Of a stretch of 64,000 bases of DNA, positions 1 through 13,487 are shown piece after piece. Positions within the stretch are counted from its first letter, which is position 1. The number at the start of each line of letters is the position of its first letter. A program made the translations under genes and the position numbers. This stretch comes from Planctomycetota bacterium (lineage in GTDB: Bacteria; Planctomycetota; B15-G4; SIAN01): positions 96,001 to 160,000 of the forward strand of contig JANNXA010000014.1 in NCBI GenBank assembly GCA_031409275.1, given 5' to 3'. The notes under the pieces were generated by a model. The model was given only the letters and a program-made list of their open reading frames with translations. It was not told the origin of the DNA and searched no databases.

Positions 1-550
1 CCACTTTGGGGTCATCCTCGACGACGACCGGCGAAGGAGCCGGGGCATCGCTCTTCTGCGCGTTCATCTCCGCGAGCGCCGCATCGCGCCGCCGGCGCAG
101 CAGATCGTCGATGAGGGGATTCGCTACGTTCTTCTCCGGAGGCGCGGCACCGTTGCCGTTGGCGACCGGACCGCCACTCGGGCCCGGGGCGTCGGTTGGA
201 GCGGGCAGATCGGTCGGCAGGCTCAGAGAGCCCACGCCTTGCGGCGGCTGCGCCTTGAGGCTGCCGAGCGGGCCTTCGCGACGCAGGGACGCGCCGTTGC
301 CGTTCTCCGCCGGCGGCGTGGACTTGGCCACTTTGGGTTCGGTCTTGCGTCCGCCACGCGGGTCGGCCGGCTTCGCGCCGCTCTTCGCGTTGGCCGCCTT
401 CGGATCGACCGGTTTCGGGACGCCTCCGACCAGCGCGCCTTCGCGCTCCTCGAAATCGCCCGCGCCCTTGATGGCCACCGTCAGGATCGCGCCGATGACC
501 AGCACGATGCCGACGACCAGAAAACGCTCGATGCTCCCGATGGTGCGCAT
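1..550 (-). CDS. Membrane-anchored protein with Pro/Ala/Gly-rich linker, 3' end outside the window (possibly LysM-type)
   Basis: Manual translation MRTIGSIERFLVVGIVLVIGAILTVAIKG...; GGAGG RBS upstream of ATG at 550; frame appears open to the window edge; not in the ORF track. Confidence 0.7.
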   Translation of the reverse strand, partial: MRTIGSIERFLVVGIVLVIGAILTVAIKGAGDFEEREGALVGGVPKPVDPKAANAKSGAKPADPRGGRKTEPKVAKSTPPAENGNGASLRREGPLGSLKAQPPQGVGSLSLPTDLPAPTDAPGPSGGPVANGNGAAPPEKNVANPLIDDLLRRRRDAALAEMNAQKSDAPAPSPVVVEDDPKV

Positions 551-721
551 CGCCCCTCCCTGCCCCCGAAAAACGGAGACCTTGCCTGCGGACGCGAAAC
601 TTGATTCGCCTTCAGGCCGGTCCGGATCGCGAAGCCGCCAAACCTCGCCAATCCGTTCGCACGATCACTCCGACGTGGAGCGTTGCGACGAGGCGGGATG
701 TTAGGTCGCGAAGCGACACAG

Positions 722-1429
722 TCAAGGCGAGCGAGTACGACGTCGACGCAGCAGTAGACGCAGAAACGCGCCCATCCGATGGAAGACCCACAAGCGCGTG
801 AGCCACGCGAAGCGTGCGGCCGCGCGCCGCGCGCGCGCGTCGAGGAGATCGGGTGCGTAACGCGCTTTGAACTTGAGCACGGCCGAGCGATCGAGCCACG
901 CCAATCGCCGCAGACACCAGCCACGCCAGCCGTTCGGACCGAGGACCCACGCCGACTGGAAGTCGATCAGGAAGACGACACCATCGGGGTCGACAAGGAT
1001 GTTTCGCTTCTGGCGCAGATCGAGGTGGACGACGCCGCGCGAATGCAGTTGCGCGACGCGCTCACCCAACCCGAGACAGGCGACTCGCATCCGCTCCGGC
1101 GCGAAGCTTCGCCGCAACGGATCGGCGGCGAAGTACTCGCTGGCGATGGCGTCGGCATCGATGCGGCCATAGAGACGTGGCACGCCAGGCATCCCGGCCA
1201 GCGCGGCAAGGGCACGCTCCTCGCGGCGCAGCACCCGGCGCCCGTAGAGAGAGCGCACCCATGAGTGCATGCCACGGACGTCTTTGATCAGCAGGTCGCG
1301 ATCGCCGTGACGAACGACGGAGACGCGCGATTTGGTGGCGCTGCCCGGGTGAAGAGGGCGTCCCGGCGACGCGTCGAGCTCGACACGGGTTGGGAGGAGC
1401 TCCGCCGGCGGCGGCGCGCCATTCACCAT
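722..1429 (-). CDS. RIO/Kdo-WaaP-like atypical kinase
   Basis: LLIKD, RREERAL, HSRGVVHLDLRQKRNILV and LIDF kinase motifs; ATG at 1429 overlaps the upstream stop. Confidence 0.75.
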   Translation of the reverse strand: MVNGAPPPAELLPTRVELDASPGRPLHPGSATKSRVSVVRHGDRDLLIKDVRGMHSWVRSLYGRRVLRREERALAALAGMPGVPRLYGRIDADAIASEYFAADPLRRSFAPERMRVACLGLGERVAQLHSRGVVHLDLRQKRNILVDPDGVVFLIDFQSAWVLGPNGWRGWCLRRLAWLDRSAVLKFKARYAPDLLDARARRAAARFAWLTRLWVFHRMGAFLRLLLRRRRTRSP

Positions 1430-1998
1430 GGGAGCAGGAACTTGCTCCCGAGCACGGCGAGGCCCGCCACCACCAGCAGCGCCGTGCTGACCTCGCTGTT
1501 GTGGACCACCAGCGCCGGGTCGAAGCGTCCGGGCGCGCGCAACCGAGGCCACGGGCTCGGGATGAAGTCAGGAACCTTGCGGTCGAACTCATCCCATTCG
1601 GCGCCGAAGCGGCGGCGCAGGCGACCGCCCTCGACCCGAAACTTGTGGGGCAGGTAGTAGAAGAAGAAGACGCCCAGCGCGAAGGGGAGCAGCAGGATCA
1701 GCAGGTATCGGCTGGCGCTCCCGCGGGCGTCGTTGCTGGCGGCGAAGAAGACCCCCACCATGATCAGGAAGGTGCCGAGGTAGAGCGGGTTCTTGACGTG
1801 CGAGTAGGGCCCGCTCTTGATCACCGCCTGGTTCTTGCGCAGGTGGCCGCACGCCCACAGACGGAGTGCCTCGCCGGCGAGGGCCAGGCCGCAACCGATC
1901 GCGTAGAGCGGCAGAGTCGGGCGCGCCATGTAGAAGATCGTCGCTCCGGCGAGGTAGACGGCGATCCGGCGCAAGGTCGGCTTCTTCGAGGCTGGCAT
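1423..1998 (-). CDS. Isoprenylcysteine carboxyl methyltransferase/PEMT-family membrane protein
   Basis: GEALRLWACGH and SGPYSHVKNPLYLG motifs, EGGRLRRRFG, several TM segments. Confidence 0.85.
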   Translation of the reverse strand: MPASKKPTLRRIAVYLAGATIFYMARPTLPLYAIGCGLALAGEALRLWACGHLRKNQAVIKSGPYSHVKNPLYLGTFLIMVGVFFAASNDARGSASRYLLILLLPFALGVFFFYYLPHKFRVEGGRLRRRFGAEWDEFDRKVPDFIPSPWPRLRAPGRFDPALVVHNSEVSTALLVVAGLAVLGSKFLLPW

Positions 1999-2085
1999 GG
2001 CGCGACGTTAGCAGCGGACTCCGCCACCCGCCACCGAGGCGACGCCGCCCCTTTGCGCGCTCGCGCGACGCGCTAACTTGCCGCG

Positions 2086-2705
2086 ATGCCGAACGTCGCC
2101 TCGCTCCTCGCCCGAGTTCGTCGCCTCGCTGCCGTGCTGCTGCTCGCCGCGCTGACGCCCTGCACCGGCTGCGTGGGCGGCAACGGCAGAGGGGCCGCCG
2201 ACTGGCAGGGCGCGATCCCGACCGACGAACCGGCGGTCGTGACGATCGAGAACCTGAGCTACTCGCCGGCGCGGATCCTGGGGCTGGTCAGCGACGACCA
2301 TCCCGCCGCCGAGTCGGAAGATGCCGAGCTGCGTCGCACCGGCATCAAACGCATCCCGGCGCACCGCATGGAGGTGCTCCTCGACGAGCTCAGCCGGCAG
2401 GGCTTCCTCGCCAGCTCGCAGCCGCTCGAGAAGTTCGAGCCCAGCGATCCGAAACTGGTGCTGCGACGCCTGGTGGTGACGGTCGGCACCGAACGGCGCG
2501 CCTTCACCCTTCCGCGCGGTCCCGCCGCCGACGTGGCCGAACGCTTCAACGTGCAGGCGCACGCCGTGCAGGCGATGTTCAACGAGGTGGTCGACTTCCG
2601 ACTCGAAGGCTCGGCGAAGAGCTCGCTCCACTTCTACGAACTGCAGCAGAAGCTCTTCGACGCCAACCGCGCCCGCAAGGACGCGAGCGCTCCGGGCCGT
2701 TCTCC

Positions 2706-2709
<4 letters not shown>
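2086..2709 (+). CDS. Hypothetical lipoprotein
   Basis: Hydrophobic signal ending in CTGC; stop overlaps the kdsB start. Confidence 0.65.
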
Positions 2710-5068
<2,359 letters not shown>

Positions 5069-5092
5069 CCCGATCCTGCTGGCGAGGAACCC

Positions 5093-5395
5093 ATGGAACG
5101 TCCGGAAGCGGAAAGCGAAGACGCCGACGACACGAACTTCGATCCGGCCAGCTTCGTCGGCCTGGTGATCGGCTTGGCGACGCAGGCGCAGGTCTTCTTC
5201 GGCGCGATCGACAATCCGATCACGAAGCAGAAGGAGAAGGTCGACCTGCCACGCGCGAAGAACATGGTCGACGTGCTCGGCATGCTCGAGCAGAAGACCG
5301 CGGGCAACCTCTCGAAGGACGAGGCCGAGTTCATGAAGCGCATCCTGGTCGACCTGCGGATGCGTTACGTGAAGGCCAAGTCGGCCGCCGGCTGA
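5093..5395 (+). CDS. DUF1844 family protein
   Basis: DLPRAK..VDVLGMLEQKTAGNL..DE...L..LRMRYV pattern; follows pyrG. Confidence 0.9.
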   Translation: MERPEAESEDADDTNFDPASFVGLVIGLATQAQVFFGAIDNPITKQKEKVDLPRAKNMVDVLGMLEQKTAGNLSKDEAEFMKRILVDLRMRYVKAKSAAG

Positions 5396-5425
5396 GAGAG
5401 GCTGGAACGGGCAGAGCGCCGCGCT

Positions 5426-6826
5426 TCAGCGCATCGCGCCCGCCGGCCCGCTCGTGGTCGGCAGCGTCTTCTCCGGCACGAAGCGCAGCAGCCACGGCTG
5501 CGCGGTGGGATCCCGCTTCCACTGGTCGAGGATCCGGAGCGCGATCTTCAGGCTGCCGACTTGCGTCGGATGCACGCCGTCCGCGGTGTCCTCGACGCAG
5601 AGCCAGTCGAGCCCGTCCGCGCGCGGCCGGATCCCGTCGCACCACGGGTAGTACGCCCACGTGAGCCACGGCGCGATCGCGGCCACGACGCCGGCGCGGT
5701 AGTTGAGACCGCCCGCCAACTGCGTCTCGATGGCCCACTTGATGGCCCAGCCGTTCTCGTAGCTCTCCGGCTCGACCACGGGCACCGCGTAGCCCTCGTA
5801 GGTGATCGGGGAGAGGTAGGCGAGCGCCGCGTTCGGGAAGCGGGCCTTGGCGTTGACGATGAGGCTCTCGACGCCGTCCTGCACGGTGCGAGCGCGCGAC
5901 GGAAACGTGCCTGCGATGCGTTGCGCCCCGCTCAAGATCCACAGCACCTGCACCTGCGCCGCGGTGACGCCGTTGGCGGCGAGCTCGGTCGGAACGTACT
6001 TCGTCCAGTACTTCGAATTCGGATCGCTCATGTCGATGGCGTCTTCGCCAGCGAGGCAGAGGTCGACCCAGCGGATCGCTGGCGAGATCGCGCCATCCGA
6101 CTGCGCCAGCGGCACGAACTCGGCCCAGATCTTTTTCGACACGCTGAATCCGATGCCCGCGACCACCAAGCTGCCGCGTGCGCTGGGGCGACTCGATCCG
6201 TCAAGCGGCTCGAGCGCGGCCGCGATCGCCTCGCCGGCCTCGCGGTGCGCCTTCGGCGGCTGCACTTGGCCACCCGGCCAAAGCCCTCCCTCTTCGCCGA
6301 GGTAGGTGCCGCTGCCGAGTTCATCGAGCGGCGTGAGTCCATACGACGTCCGCGAGCAGTCGGGCGGGACGAGGACCGAGGCATCACTGTCACGGCCATC
6401 GCGTGTGATACGGCAAGACGCCCCGTTGGAGCGCCGCGGTGGCGCGCCGTCGACGACGAACTGCGCGAAGAAGACGGTGTCGATGAGGTCGGGGGAGTCG
6501 TTGATCGTCGACTCGAAGGAGTGATGGCCACGCGCGTCGAACACGAAACCGTGGTCGCAGAACAGCGGGAAGTCGAGGCAAAGCGAGAGGTGGCCGGCCG
6601 GTGTGGGGCCTTCGCCAAGCGACACCATGAAATGGCCGGACGCGCCGGCCGGACCCTGCATCCGGACGGTGACGATGGACCCCGGAGCAGCGGTCGCCGG
6701 GACGTCGAGTCGCGCGCCCGGATCGCCGTCGCAGCCCTGAGCGTGCAGCGAGTCGGAAATCCCTGCCGCGAGGGCGACGATCAGGATGGAGTGCGACGCG
6801 CAGTGCAACCGGGTCGTCTTGCGCAT
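5426..6826 (-). CDS. Secreted protein, N-terminal beta-sandwich plus SGNH-hydrolase-like domain
   Basis: Signal peptide; GIGFS and DGVHP (DxxH) resemble SGNH blocks; GGLWPGG motif. Confidence 0.6.
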   Translation of the reverse strand: MRKTTRLHCASHSILIVALAAGISDSLHAQGCDGDPGARLDVPATAAPGSIVTVRMQGPAGASGHFMVSLGEGPTPAGHLSLCLDFPLFCDHGFVFDARGHHSFESTINDSPDLIDTVFFAQFVVDGAPPRRSNGASCRITRDGRDSDASVLVPPDCSRTSYGLTPLDELGSGTYLGEEGGLWPGGQVQPPKAHREAGEAIAAALEPLDGSSRPSARGSLVVAGIGFSVSKKIWAEFVPLAQSDGAISPAIRWVDLCLAGEDAIDMSDPNSKYWTKYVPTELAANGVTAAQVQVLWILSGAQRIAGTFPSRARTVQDGVESLIVNAKARFPNAALAYLSPITYEGYAVPVVEPESYENGWAIKWAIETQLAGGLNYRAGVVAAIAPWLTWAYYPWCDGIRPRADGLDWLCVEDTADGVHPTQVGSLKIALRILDQWKRDPTAQPWLLRFVPEKTLPTTSGPAGAMR

Positions 6827-6957
6827 CTTCGAATCCTCCTGTGAGCCGCCCCGCCCCTCGGCAGCTCACCGCAAACGCCGTACGTGCGAGGGAGCTCGGG
6901 GGACGCCCCCATCCGAGACTTCGCGGCCGCGGCCAACGCGCTTACGCTTGGCGCCCG

Positions 6958-7452
6958 ATGGACACGAAGACTCAGCCCTTGGAAGCGCAGGTCGGCGACA
7001 TCGTGCTCTGCCACGACGCGACCTACCGCGACAACCTGAAGCTCCCGAGCGAGCTCGGACTCGTCCTCGACGCGCGCAAGGACCGCGCGAAGGTCTATTT
7101 CCCCGGCAGCGGCGGCGAACCGTGGATCCCGGTACCGATGCTCGCACGCGTGCGCGCGCCGGTCGGCCACCCGACCGTGCCGCTTTGGATGCAGCGCGCG
7201 GCCTACCTCGCCGGCTCGCTCGACATGCAGTTCATGGAGGTGACGCAGGTCGGCGCGGACGGCTGCGCGCTGCGCCTCTTCCACGGCGAAGCGGAACTCG
7301 AGCAGTTCGACGCGCTGCGAGCCGGGCTTGGCGACGAGCTGCGCTACTGGCGGCTGCTGCCAGCCGGAATGCACAAAATGGAGTCAGCCGTCGCGTTCCT
7401 GGCGCGCGAGCGCACCGACGCACCCGTCCCGCCGCCGCGCGCGCAGGAGTGA
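6958..7452 (+). CDS. Hypothetical protein (possible N-terminal SH3/KOW-like beta domain)
   Basis: [18 protein letters not shown]...; protein-like composition; first gene of the regulator operon. Confidence 0.65.
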   Translation: MDTKTQPLEAQVGDIVLCHDATYRDNLKLPSELGLVLDARKDRAKVYFPGSGGEPWIPVPMLARVRAPVGHPTVPLWMQRAAYLAGSLDMQFMEVTQVGADGCALRLFHGEAELEQFDALRAGLGDELRYWRLLPAGMHKMESAVAFLARERTDAPVPPPRAQE

Positions 7453-7454
7453 GC

Positions 7455-9323
7455 GTGGCGGAAGGTCCTCTGCAGCTCGTCTGGAACGATGCCCGCGGCG
7501 AGCACCACGCGATGGCCATCGTGCGCCCGCTTCGAATCGGCCGTGCTCCCGAATGCGAGCTCCATCTCGACGAGGAGGGCGTGTCGCGCATCCATTGCGA
7601 GGTGCGTCCCGACGGTGATCTGATCGCGCTGACCGATCTGCACTCGACCAACGGCACCTACGTGAACGGCACCCGCGTCCACGAGGCGCGCCTGAAGGAC
7701 GGCGACACCATCGTGATCGGCCGCCTGCTGCTGCGGATCGAGGAGCACGCGGGAGCGCACGAGGCCTACAAGACCTGCTCCGTCGGTTCCGACGAGGTCG
7801 AGATCGCCATCGACGCGGCGTCCTCGACCTACCCGCCCGCCGGCCTCTCTTTCGAGAGCGGCCAGCGCCACCTGCAGGCGCTCTACGGAATCCTGCGCGT
7901 CATCGGCGATTCGGCCGACGTCGCCCAGGTCCTGCGCGGCGCGCTGCGCACGATCCTCGACACGCTCGGGCTCGATTTCGGCCACGTGCTGATCGGGCCG
8001 CGACCCAACCCAGGTGCGACCCTCGAGCTGCGCGCCGCGGCCAGCCATGCCACGGACGGAACGGCGCCTCCGTGGAGCAACACGGTCGTGCGCCGCGTGC
8101 TCGAGAATGGCCAGGCGGTGCTCGCCAACGACGTGCAAGCCGAACCGGAACTGAAGGCCGCGAAGAGCATCGTGGCCGCGCGCAGCGTCCGCATCTGCTG
8201 CGCACCGATCCCGTTGCGGGGACGGGTCGGCGTGCTCTACGTCGCCGCGCGCGGGCTAGCGAGCCCCGTGCTGCCGGAAGACGTTGCGTTCCTCTGCGCC
8301 GCGGCGCGGCAGGTCGGACTCGCCGCCGACGCACTCTCCGAGCGCGAGTCGCTCGCGCGAGAGAACGAGCATCTGCGCCAGGCCGTGCCGCAGCGCCAGC
8401 TGGTGGGAGCATCCGAACCGATGCGCCGCTTGCGCGAACTCGTCTCGAAGACGGCGCAGGTCGACGCGACCGTCCTGGTCACCGGCGAAAGCGGCACCGG
8501 CAAGGAGCTCGTTGCTCGCGGGATCCATGGCGCCAGCGCGCGCGCGGCCGGTCCCTTCGTCGCCGTCAACTGCGGCGCGCTGCCGGCGAACGTCGTCCTG
8601 AGCGAGCTCTTCGGCCACGAGAAGGGGGCCTTCACCGGAGCGACGGCGCGCCGCATCGGGCTGGTCGAACTCGCGCGCGGCGGCACGCTCTTCCTCGACG
8701 AAGTTGGCGAGCTGCCGCTCGACGTGCAGGTCATGCTGCTGCGCCTGATCGAGGAGAAGCGCTTCTTCCGGGTGGGCGGCAACGAGGAGGTCAGCGTCGA
8801 CGTCCGCTTCGTCGCAGCGACCCATCGCGACCTCGAAGCCGCTTGTCGCAGCGGTGCGTTTCGCACCGACCTGCTGTTCCGTCTCAAGGTCGTGGCGATC
8901 ACCACGCCGCCGCTGCGCGAACGGCTCGCCGACCTCGAGGAGCTCGCGGCCTTCCTCCTCGACGAGATCGCGCGCGCGACCGGCCGACCGACCAAGCCGC
9001 TGCTCCCCGAAGCGATCGAGCGAATGCGCCAACACGCGTGGCCGGGCAACGTCCGCGAACTGCGCAACGCGCTCGAGCGCGCGCTCCTGCTTTCGAGCGG
9101 CCCGTCGATCGGTGCCGGCGACCTCGGCCTGGCTGCGGCGAGCGTCGTCTCCGACACGACGAGCGGCCCTCTCGTCTCGCTCGAACAGATCGAGCGCGAC
9201 CACGTTCGTCGCGTGCTGGCCGCGACGCGCTGGAACAAGACACGCGCCGCCGAGATCCTCGGCATGGCCCGCATCACGCTCTACGAGAAGATCCGCACCT
9301 TCGGTCTCGAGCCGAGTCCATGA
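7455..9323 (+). CDS. FHA-GAF-sigma54-dependent transcriptional activator (Fis-type HTH)
   Basis: FHA IGR...VSRIHC...[12 protein letters not shown] region; [47 protein letters not shown]; start could also be GTG at 7449. Confidence 0.95.
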   Translation: MAEGPLQLVWNDARGEHHAMAIVRPLRIGRAPECELHLDEEGVSRIHCEVRPDGDLIALTDLHSTNGTYVNGTRVHEARLKDGDTIVIGRLLLRIEEHAGAHEAYKTCSVGSDEVEIAIDAASSTYPPAGLSFESGQRHLQALYGILRVIGDSADVAQVLRGALRTILDTLGLDFGHVLIGPRPNPGATLELRAAASHATDGTAPPWSNTVVRRVLENGQAVLANDVQAEPELKAAKSIVAARSVRICCAPIPLRGRVGVLYVAARGLASPVLPEDVAFLCAAARQVGLAADALSERESLARENEHLRQAVPQRQLVGASEPMRRLRELVSKTAQVDATVLVTGESGTGKELVARGIHGASARAAGPFVAVNCGALPANVVLSELFGHEKGAFTGATARRIGLVELARGGTLFLDEVGELPLDVQVMLLRLIEEKRFFRVGGNEEVSVDVRFVAATHRDLEAACRSGAFRTDLLFRLKVVAITTPPLRERLADLEELAAFLLDEIARATGRPTKPLLPEAIERMRQHAWPGNVRELRNALERALLLSSGPSIGAGDLGLAAASVVSDTTSGPLVSLEQIERDHVRRVLAATRWNKTRAAEILGMARITLYEKIRTFGLEPSP

Positions 9324-11302
9324 ACGGCGGCCAGACGCGATTCTTCTGCCGCTGCGGGCGCCTGATCAGCGTCGACGCCTCGGTGCGCGACGTGGTCTGC
9401 CCGACCTGCCGCGAGAAGAGCGTCGTCCCGAATGTCGGCGTCGCCGCGCCGCCGCCTCAACCTGCGCCATCCGCGCCACCGGCGCCGTCGGTCGGTCCGG
9501 CCGCCACCGCCGTCCTCGGCCTGCGCAGCGCGCAACGGCTCGGCCGCTTCGAGCTGAAGAGCGTGCTCGGGCAAGGCGGCATGGGCACGGTGTGGCGCGC
9601 ACTCGACATCGAGAAGAACGTCGAAGTGGGGCTGAAGGTCCTGCATCCGAACCTGCAGGCGCGCCCCGACTTCGTGTCGCGCTTCCAACGCGAGGCGCGG
9701 GCGGCCGCGGGACTTCACCATCCGAACATCGTTCAGGTGCTCGATGCCGGCGTCGACCAGGCCACGCCGTGGATCGCGATGGAGCTGGTCGAGGGCGAGG
9801 ATCTGCTGGCGGCGGCGCAGCGCGGCGCGCTGCGACCGGACAACTTCCTGCCCGTCGCCGAGCAGGTCGCGCGCGGGCTGCTGGCCGCGGCCGAGATGGG
9901 TATCACCCATCGCGACATCAAGCCAGGCAACCTGCTGCTGCGGCTCGATGGAGTGGTGAAGGTCGCGGACTTCGGTCTCGCCAAGGCGGTCGATTCCGAT
10001 TCGCGTCTGACGGTGACCGGCGAGATCCTCGGCACGCCGCACTACATGTCGCCCGAACAGGGGCGCGGCGAGCGGGTCGACCACCGCTCGGACCTCTACT
10101 CGCTGGGCGCGACTTTCTACCACGTGCTCGGCGGCGCCCCGCCGCATGAGGCCGACACGGCGGTCGCGGTCATCCTGAAGCACCTGCGCGAGGAGCCGCT
10201 GCCACTGCGAGCGCGCAACCATCGCGTCGCGTCGGGCGTCGAGCGCGTCATCCATCGGCTGCTGCAGAAGAGCCCCGATCAGCGCTACCAGACGCATGCC
10301 GCGTTGCTGTCGGACCTCGAGCGCCTAGCCTCGGGACGCGAACCGGTCGGCGGCGCCGATCCGCCGATGCGCCGCGTCCAGCAGGGCGGCACGACATACG
10401 TGCTGCCGCATGAAGCGACGACCGAACTCGTGCTGGAGCCCGCCGGATCGATCCGTCGGCTGCTTGCGTTCGCGCTCGACCTGTTCGCGCTCGAACTGCT
10501 GCTCCACGTCGTGCTCTTCGCCGGACGCGCGCTGCTCGACGAGCCGACGACGCGAGTGGCCGGATTCGCACGGCTGCTGGTCCCCGAGCTGCCTCAAAGC
10601 GGATCCGCAGGCGCCATCACGCTGGCCGTGGTCGGAATCCTCGCCGCACTGATCTACTACGCCGGCGCCGACGCGCGCGGCGGACGGACGCTGGGCAAGC
10701 GCTGGATGCGTCTGCGGCTGTGCCGACGCGATGGCGGCGACCTCGGCGTGCTCCGCGCGCTGCTCCGCACGCTGCTGGTCGCGCCCGGGCTGCTGATGGT
10801 CGCTCCGACGCTGACGGTCTGCGCGCAGTCGCTGCTCACGCTCGCGACGAGTGCCCCGTCGTTGCCACGACAACTGGTCGGCGCCGGGATCGGTTGGTTC
10901 CTGGTGCTCGAACTGCTGGGGCGCATGACCGCATTCGGGCGGCCGCTGCAGGATGGGCTCGTCGGTGCCGTGACCTATTCCGCCCAGACTGCGACACGCT
11001 CCTTGCCGCCGCCCACCGACCGATCGGCACGCTCGCCCGCACGCGCGGTTCGACTGTCGCTGGTGCCGGGCCTAGGCGTCATGTACGCCGGCCATCCGCT
11101 GCTTGGCGTTGCGCTCCTGGCCGCGATCCTCTACGCGCTGGTCGCGGCGCCCGATCCTCGCACCGGACTGGCACTGTGGCTCGCCTCCGCCTTCGTCGCC
11201 CGCGCTCTCGCGCGTCGGAACTCGATGCGGACCACGGATGCGAGCGCGCCGCCGCCCGGACCCGCCGCTGCGACGACGCTGATTCGCCGTCAGGAAAGCT
11301 GA
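9320..11302 (+). CDS. Hanks-type Ser/Thr kinase with N-terminal zinc ribbon, RDD domain and C-terminal PGLG membrane motif
   Basis: [55 protein letters not shown] (RDD); [12 protein letters not shown] overlap with the activator. Confidence 0.92.
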   Translation: MNGGQTRFFCRCGRLISVDASVRDVVCPTCREKSVVPNVGVAAPPPQPAPSAPPAPSVGPAATAVLGLRSAQRLGRFELKSVLGQGGMGTVWRALDIEKNVEVGLKVLHPNLQARPDFVSRFQREARAAAGLHHPNIVQVLDAGVDQATPWIAMELVEGEDLLAAAQRGALRPDNFLPVAEQVARGLLAAAEMGITHRDIKPGNLLLRLDGVVKVADFGLAKAVDSDSRLTVTGEILGTPHYMSPEQGRGERVDHRSDLYSLGATFYHVLGGAPPHEADTAVAVILKHLREEPLPLRARNHRVASGVERVIHRLLQKSPDQRYQTHAALLSDLERLASGREPVGGADPPMRRVQQGGTTYVLPHEATTELVLEPAGSIRRLLAFALDLFALELLLHVVLFAGRALLDEPTTRVAGFARLLVPELPQSGSAGAITLAVVGILAALIYYAGADARGGRTLGKRWMRLRLCRRDGGDLGVLRALLRTLLVAPGLLMVAPTLTVCAQSLLTLATSAPSLPRQLVGAGIGWFLVLELLGRMTAFGRPLQDGLVGAVTYSAQTATRSLPPPTDRSARSPARAVRLSLVPGLGVMYAGHPLLGVALLAAILYALVAAPDPRTGLALWLASAFVARALARRNSMRTTDASAPPPGPAAATTLIRRQES

Positions 11303-11424
11303 CGAGCGTACGGAAAGCGGCCACCGTCGCGGCGCGCGACGCGGCCGCGGTCAGCCGTCGACGAACCGACGCAAGTCGCTTCAGGACACTGAGTTGACGC
11401 GCTTGATTCCGGCCCTGGAGGGGG

Positions 11425-11440
11425 CGGCACGGCGCTTGTT
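11425..11440 (+). promoter_or_regulatory. Putative sigma54 (-24/-12) promoter
   Basis: CGGCACGGCGCTTGTT versus consensus TGGCACG-N4-TTGC; correct spacing, but the -12 element is GT rather than GC; about 60 bp before the next start. Confidence 0.55.
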
Positions 11441-11501
11441 CTAGAGCCCACCGTCGACGCGCTCGTGAAACCAGATGCAGCGCTCGGCGGGAGGACTTCC
11501 A

Positions 11502-12101
11502 GTGACCCTGGTCTGCGCGACCCACCCCGCAGTTGAAGCGATTGCTCGCTGCGTCCGCTGCGGTGTGCATCTCTGCGACGAGTGCCGCTCGTTCGAGGGG
11601 GTGCGCAACCTGTGCGCGCGCTGCCACGCGACCGCCCATGCGGCGAGCGGCGCGACGAACCGGGTGAACGCCTCGACGAGCGCAACTCCCGTCGCGACGG
11701 TCGCGCCGCCGCGCCGCCAGCGATCTCGGTGGCTGGCAGCGGCGCTGTCGCTCGTTCCCGGTCTCGGGCAAGCCTACTCCGGTCGCGTGCTGCGCGGCGC
11801 GTTCTGCTTCGGCGGCGCGCTCCTGCTGCGCGATGCACCGTTCATGACGCCGCTGCTCGGCGCGTTCCTCTACGCGTTCGGGTTGTTCGACGCGTTCCGC
11901 TGCGCCGAAGCGACGACGCTCAGCAGTGTCGAAGCGGGCAAGGCGCGCGGCGACGACACGGCGTTCCTGCTTGCTGGCCTGCTGGTCATCGTTGCCACGG
12001 TGACGTCACGCGGCGGCTTCGCAGCCGCGCCACCGCAGCAACTCCTGCCGCTCGCAGCGCTTGCCGCTGGCCTCGTCTTCGCTCACGAGACTCGGCGCTG
12101 A
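11502..12101 (+). CDS. B-box zinc-finger membrane protein (DUF5683/TM2-like)
   Basis: CATHP...CVRCG..LCDEC...[20 protein letters not shown] helices; GGAGG RBS before the GTG start. Confidence 0.8.
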   Translation: MTLVCATHPAVEAIARCVRCGVHLCDECRSFEGVRNLCARCHATAHAASGATNRVNASTSATPVATVAPPRRQRSRWLAAALSLVPGLGQAYSGRVLRGAFCFGGALLLRDAPFMTPLLGAFLYAFGLFDAFRCAEATTLSSVEAGKARGDDTAFLLAGLLVIVATVTSRGGFAAAPPQQLLPLAALAAGLVFAHETRR

Positions 12102-12178
12102 ACCTCTCCGCTCCCGGAGCCCTGTCGATGATCGCCCTCACTCTGCCGCTCGCCGCCGTCAACCGCCAATCGCAGTTC

Positions 12179-12505
12179 ATGCCGTTCTGCGTCGGCTGCG
12201 GCATGCGCTTGCCCGAACTGCGCCACCACGCGCTCGCCTGCCCGCATTGCGGCGTCGAGCTCGTCCGCGCCGACGGCACGCGCGCCAGCGCCTCGCGACT
12301 GACGAAGTGGTTGCGCGCGGGCGCGAGCGCCGTTGTGCCAGGGGCCGGCCAGGCCCTGAACGGCGAGCTTGGCAAAGGGCTGCTCGTGCTCCTGACCTTC
12401 TGGCTGGTCGTTCCCTGGATCTGGGGCATCGCGGACGCGTGGCGCACGGCGCAGCGCCTCGCGCTCGCCCCGCTCGCTGCAAGTGAAGCGCACGGACGGC
12501 ATTGA
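12179..12505 (+). CDS. Zinc-ribbon membrane protein with PGAG motif
   Basis: MPFCVGCG...CPHCG; VVPGAGQALNGELGKG; WIWGIADAW; alternative start at 12128. Confidence 0.75.
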   Translation: MPFCVGCGMRLPELRHHALACPHCGVELVRADGTRASASRLTKWLRAGASAVVPGAGQALNGELGKGLLVLLTFWLVVPWIWGIADAWRTAQRLALAPLAASEAHGRH

Positions 12506-12552
12506 GCCGGACGACTCGAAATCACCCCCCTTCCGTTTCGGAGGAAACACGA

Positions 12553-13416
12553 ATGTTCAAGTTGATCGGCAAGACCCTGGTGCTCGGCGGCCTTGGCGCA
12601 GGCGCGCTCGGCTGCCTCTACGGCAAGGATCAGCTGCATGCCTGGTTCGATCAGGGCAAGCGCGAGATCGCCACGAAGATCGACGAACTGCAGGGCATGA
12701 AGGGCGAACTCTCCAGCATCGAGTCGCGGGTCCACTCGCTCGAAGGCGAGATCCGCGAACTGCGCGAGCACGCGCTCGAGGAAGAGGTCGAAGTGCAACG
12801 TCTCGACCGCGAAGCGGGCGATCGCAAGCAGGCGCTCGAACGGCTGAAGAAGGGTCTCGAGAAGGCGCAGGCGCTGCTGGCCACCAACGCCAGCCAGTTC
12901 GTGATCGGCGGCATCGCGTACGGTCGTGGCGACGTCGAACGCGACGTGGCCGAGAAGCTCGACCTCTACCAGGTCCAGCAGGACACGCTCGCCCAGCTCG
13001 GACAGACCCTCGACGTGCGCCGCAGCGCGCTGGCGATGGCGAAGGAGAACGTCACCCGCGGCGAGTCTCTGCGCGGCGAGCTCACCGGCAAGCTGCATCT
13101 CCTCCAGGCGAAGCTCGAGAAGCACCGCGCCCGCGAGATCTACGCCGAGGCGGTGGCGGGCGACTTCGACGCCACCGAGTTCCAGACGGTGATCGGCGAG
13201 GTGCGCCAGCGCTGCGCGAAGTTCGAGAGCAAGCTCGAAGTGAAGGGCCGGATCCTCGACGAGCGCATGAAGCTTGCGGTCGGCACGAAGGCCGCAGGCA
13301 TCGACTACGAGGCTCCGGACCGTCCGGAAGGCGGCGGACTCGAGGAGCGTCTCTCGAAGCTGCTCGGCCCGGCGCAGGAACTTCCCGCTTCGGTGGTCAT
13401 CGTCCGCCAGCAGTGA
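12553..13416 (+). CDS. Membrane-anchored long coiled-coil protein, PspA/IM30-like
   Basis: GGAGG RBS; N-terminal hydrophobic helix; two long coiled-coil arms around FVIGGIAY; C-terminal LEERLSKLL helix. Confidence 0.65.
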   Translation: MFKLIGKTLVLGGLGAGALGCLYGKDQLHAWFDQGKREIATKIDELQGMKGELSSIESRVHSLEGEIRELREHALEEEVEVQRLDREAGDRKQALERLKKGLEKAQALLATNASQFVIGGIAYGRGDVERDVAEKLDLYQVQQDTLAQLGQTLDVRRSALAMAKENVTRGESLRGELTGKLHLLQAKLEKHRAREIYAEAVAGDFDATEFQTVIGEVRQRCAKFESKLEVKGRILDERMKLAVGTKAAGIDYEAPDRPEGGGLEERLSKLLGPAQELPASVVIVRQQ

Positions 13417-13487
13417 CTCGTCCTTGAACCTGGTCGCGGCGCCGTGCGAGGGCCTTCCTCGTGCGGCGCCGCCCTCCGGAGCACGCG

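Noticed and set aside
8072..9319. N-terminal extension of the kinase ORF
   Set aside because: Arg-rich alternative frame over the sigma54 activator; the real start is the ATGA overlap at 9320
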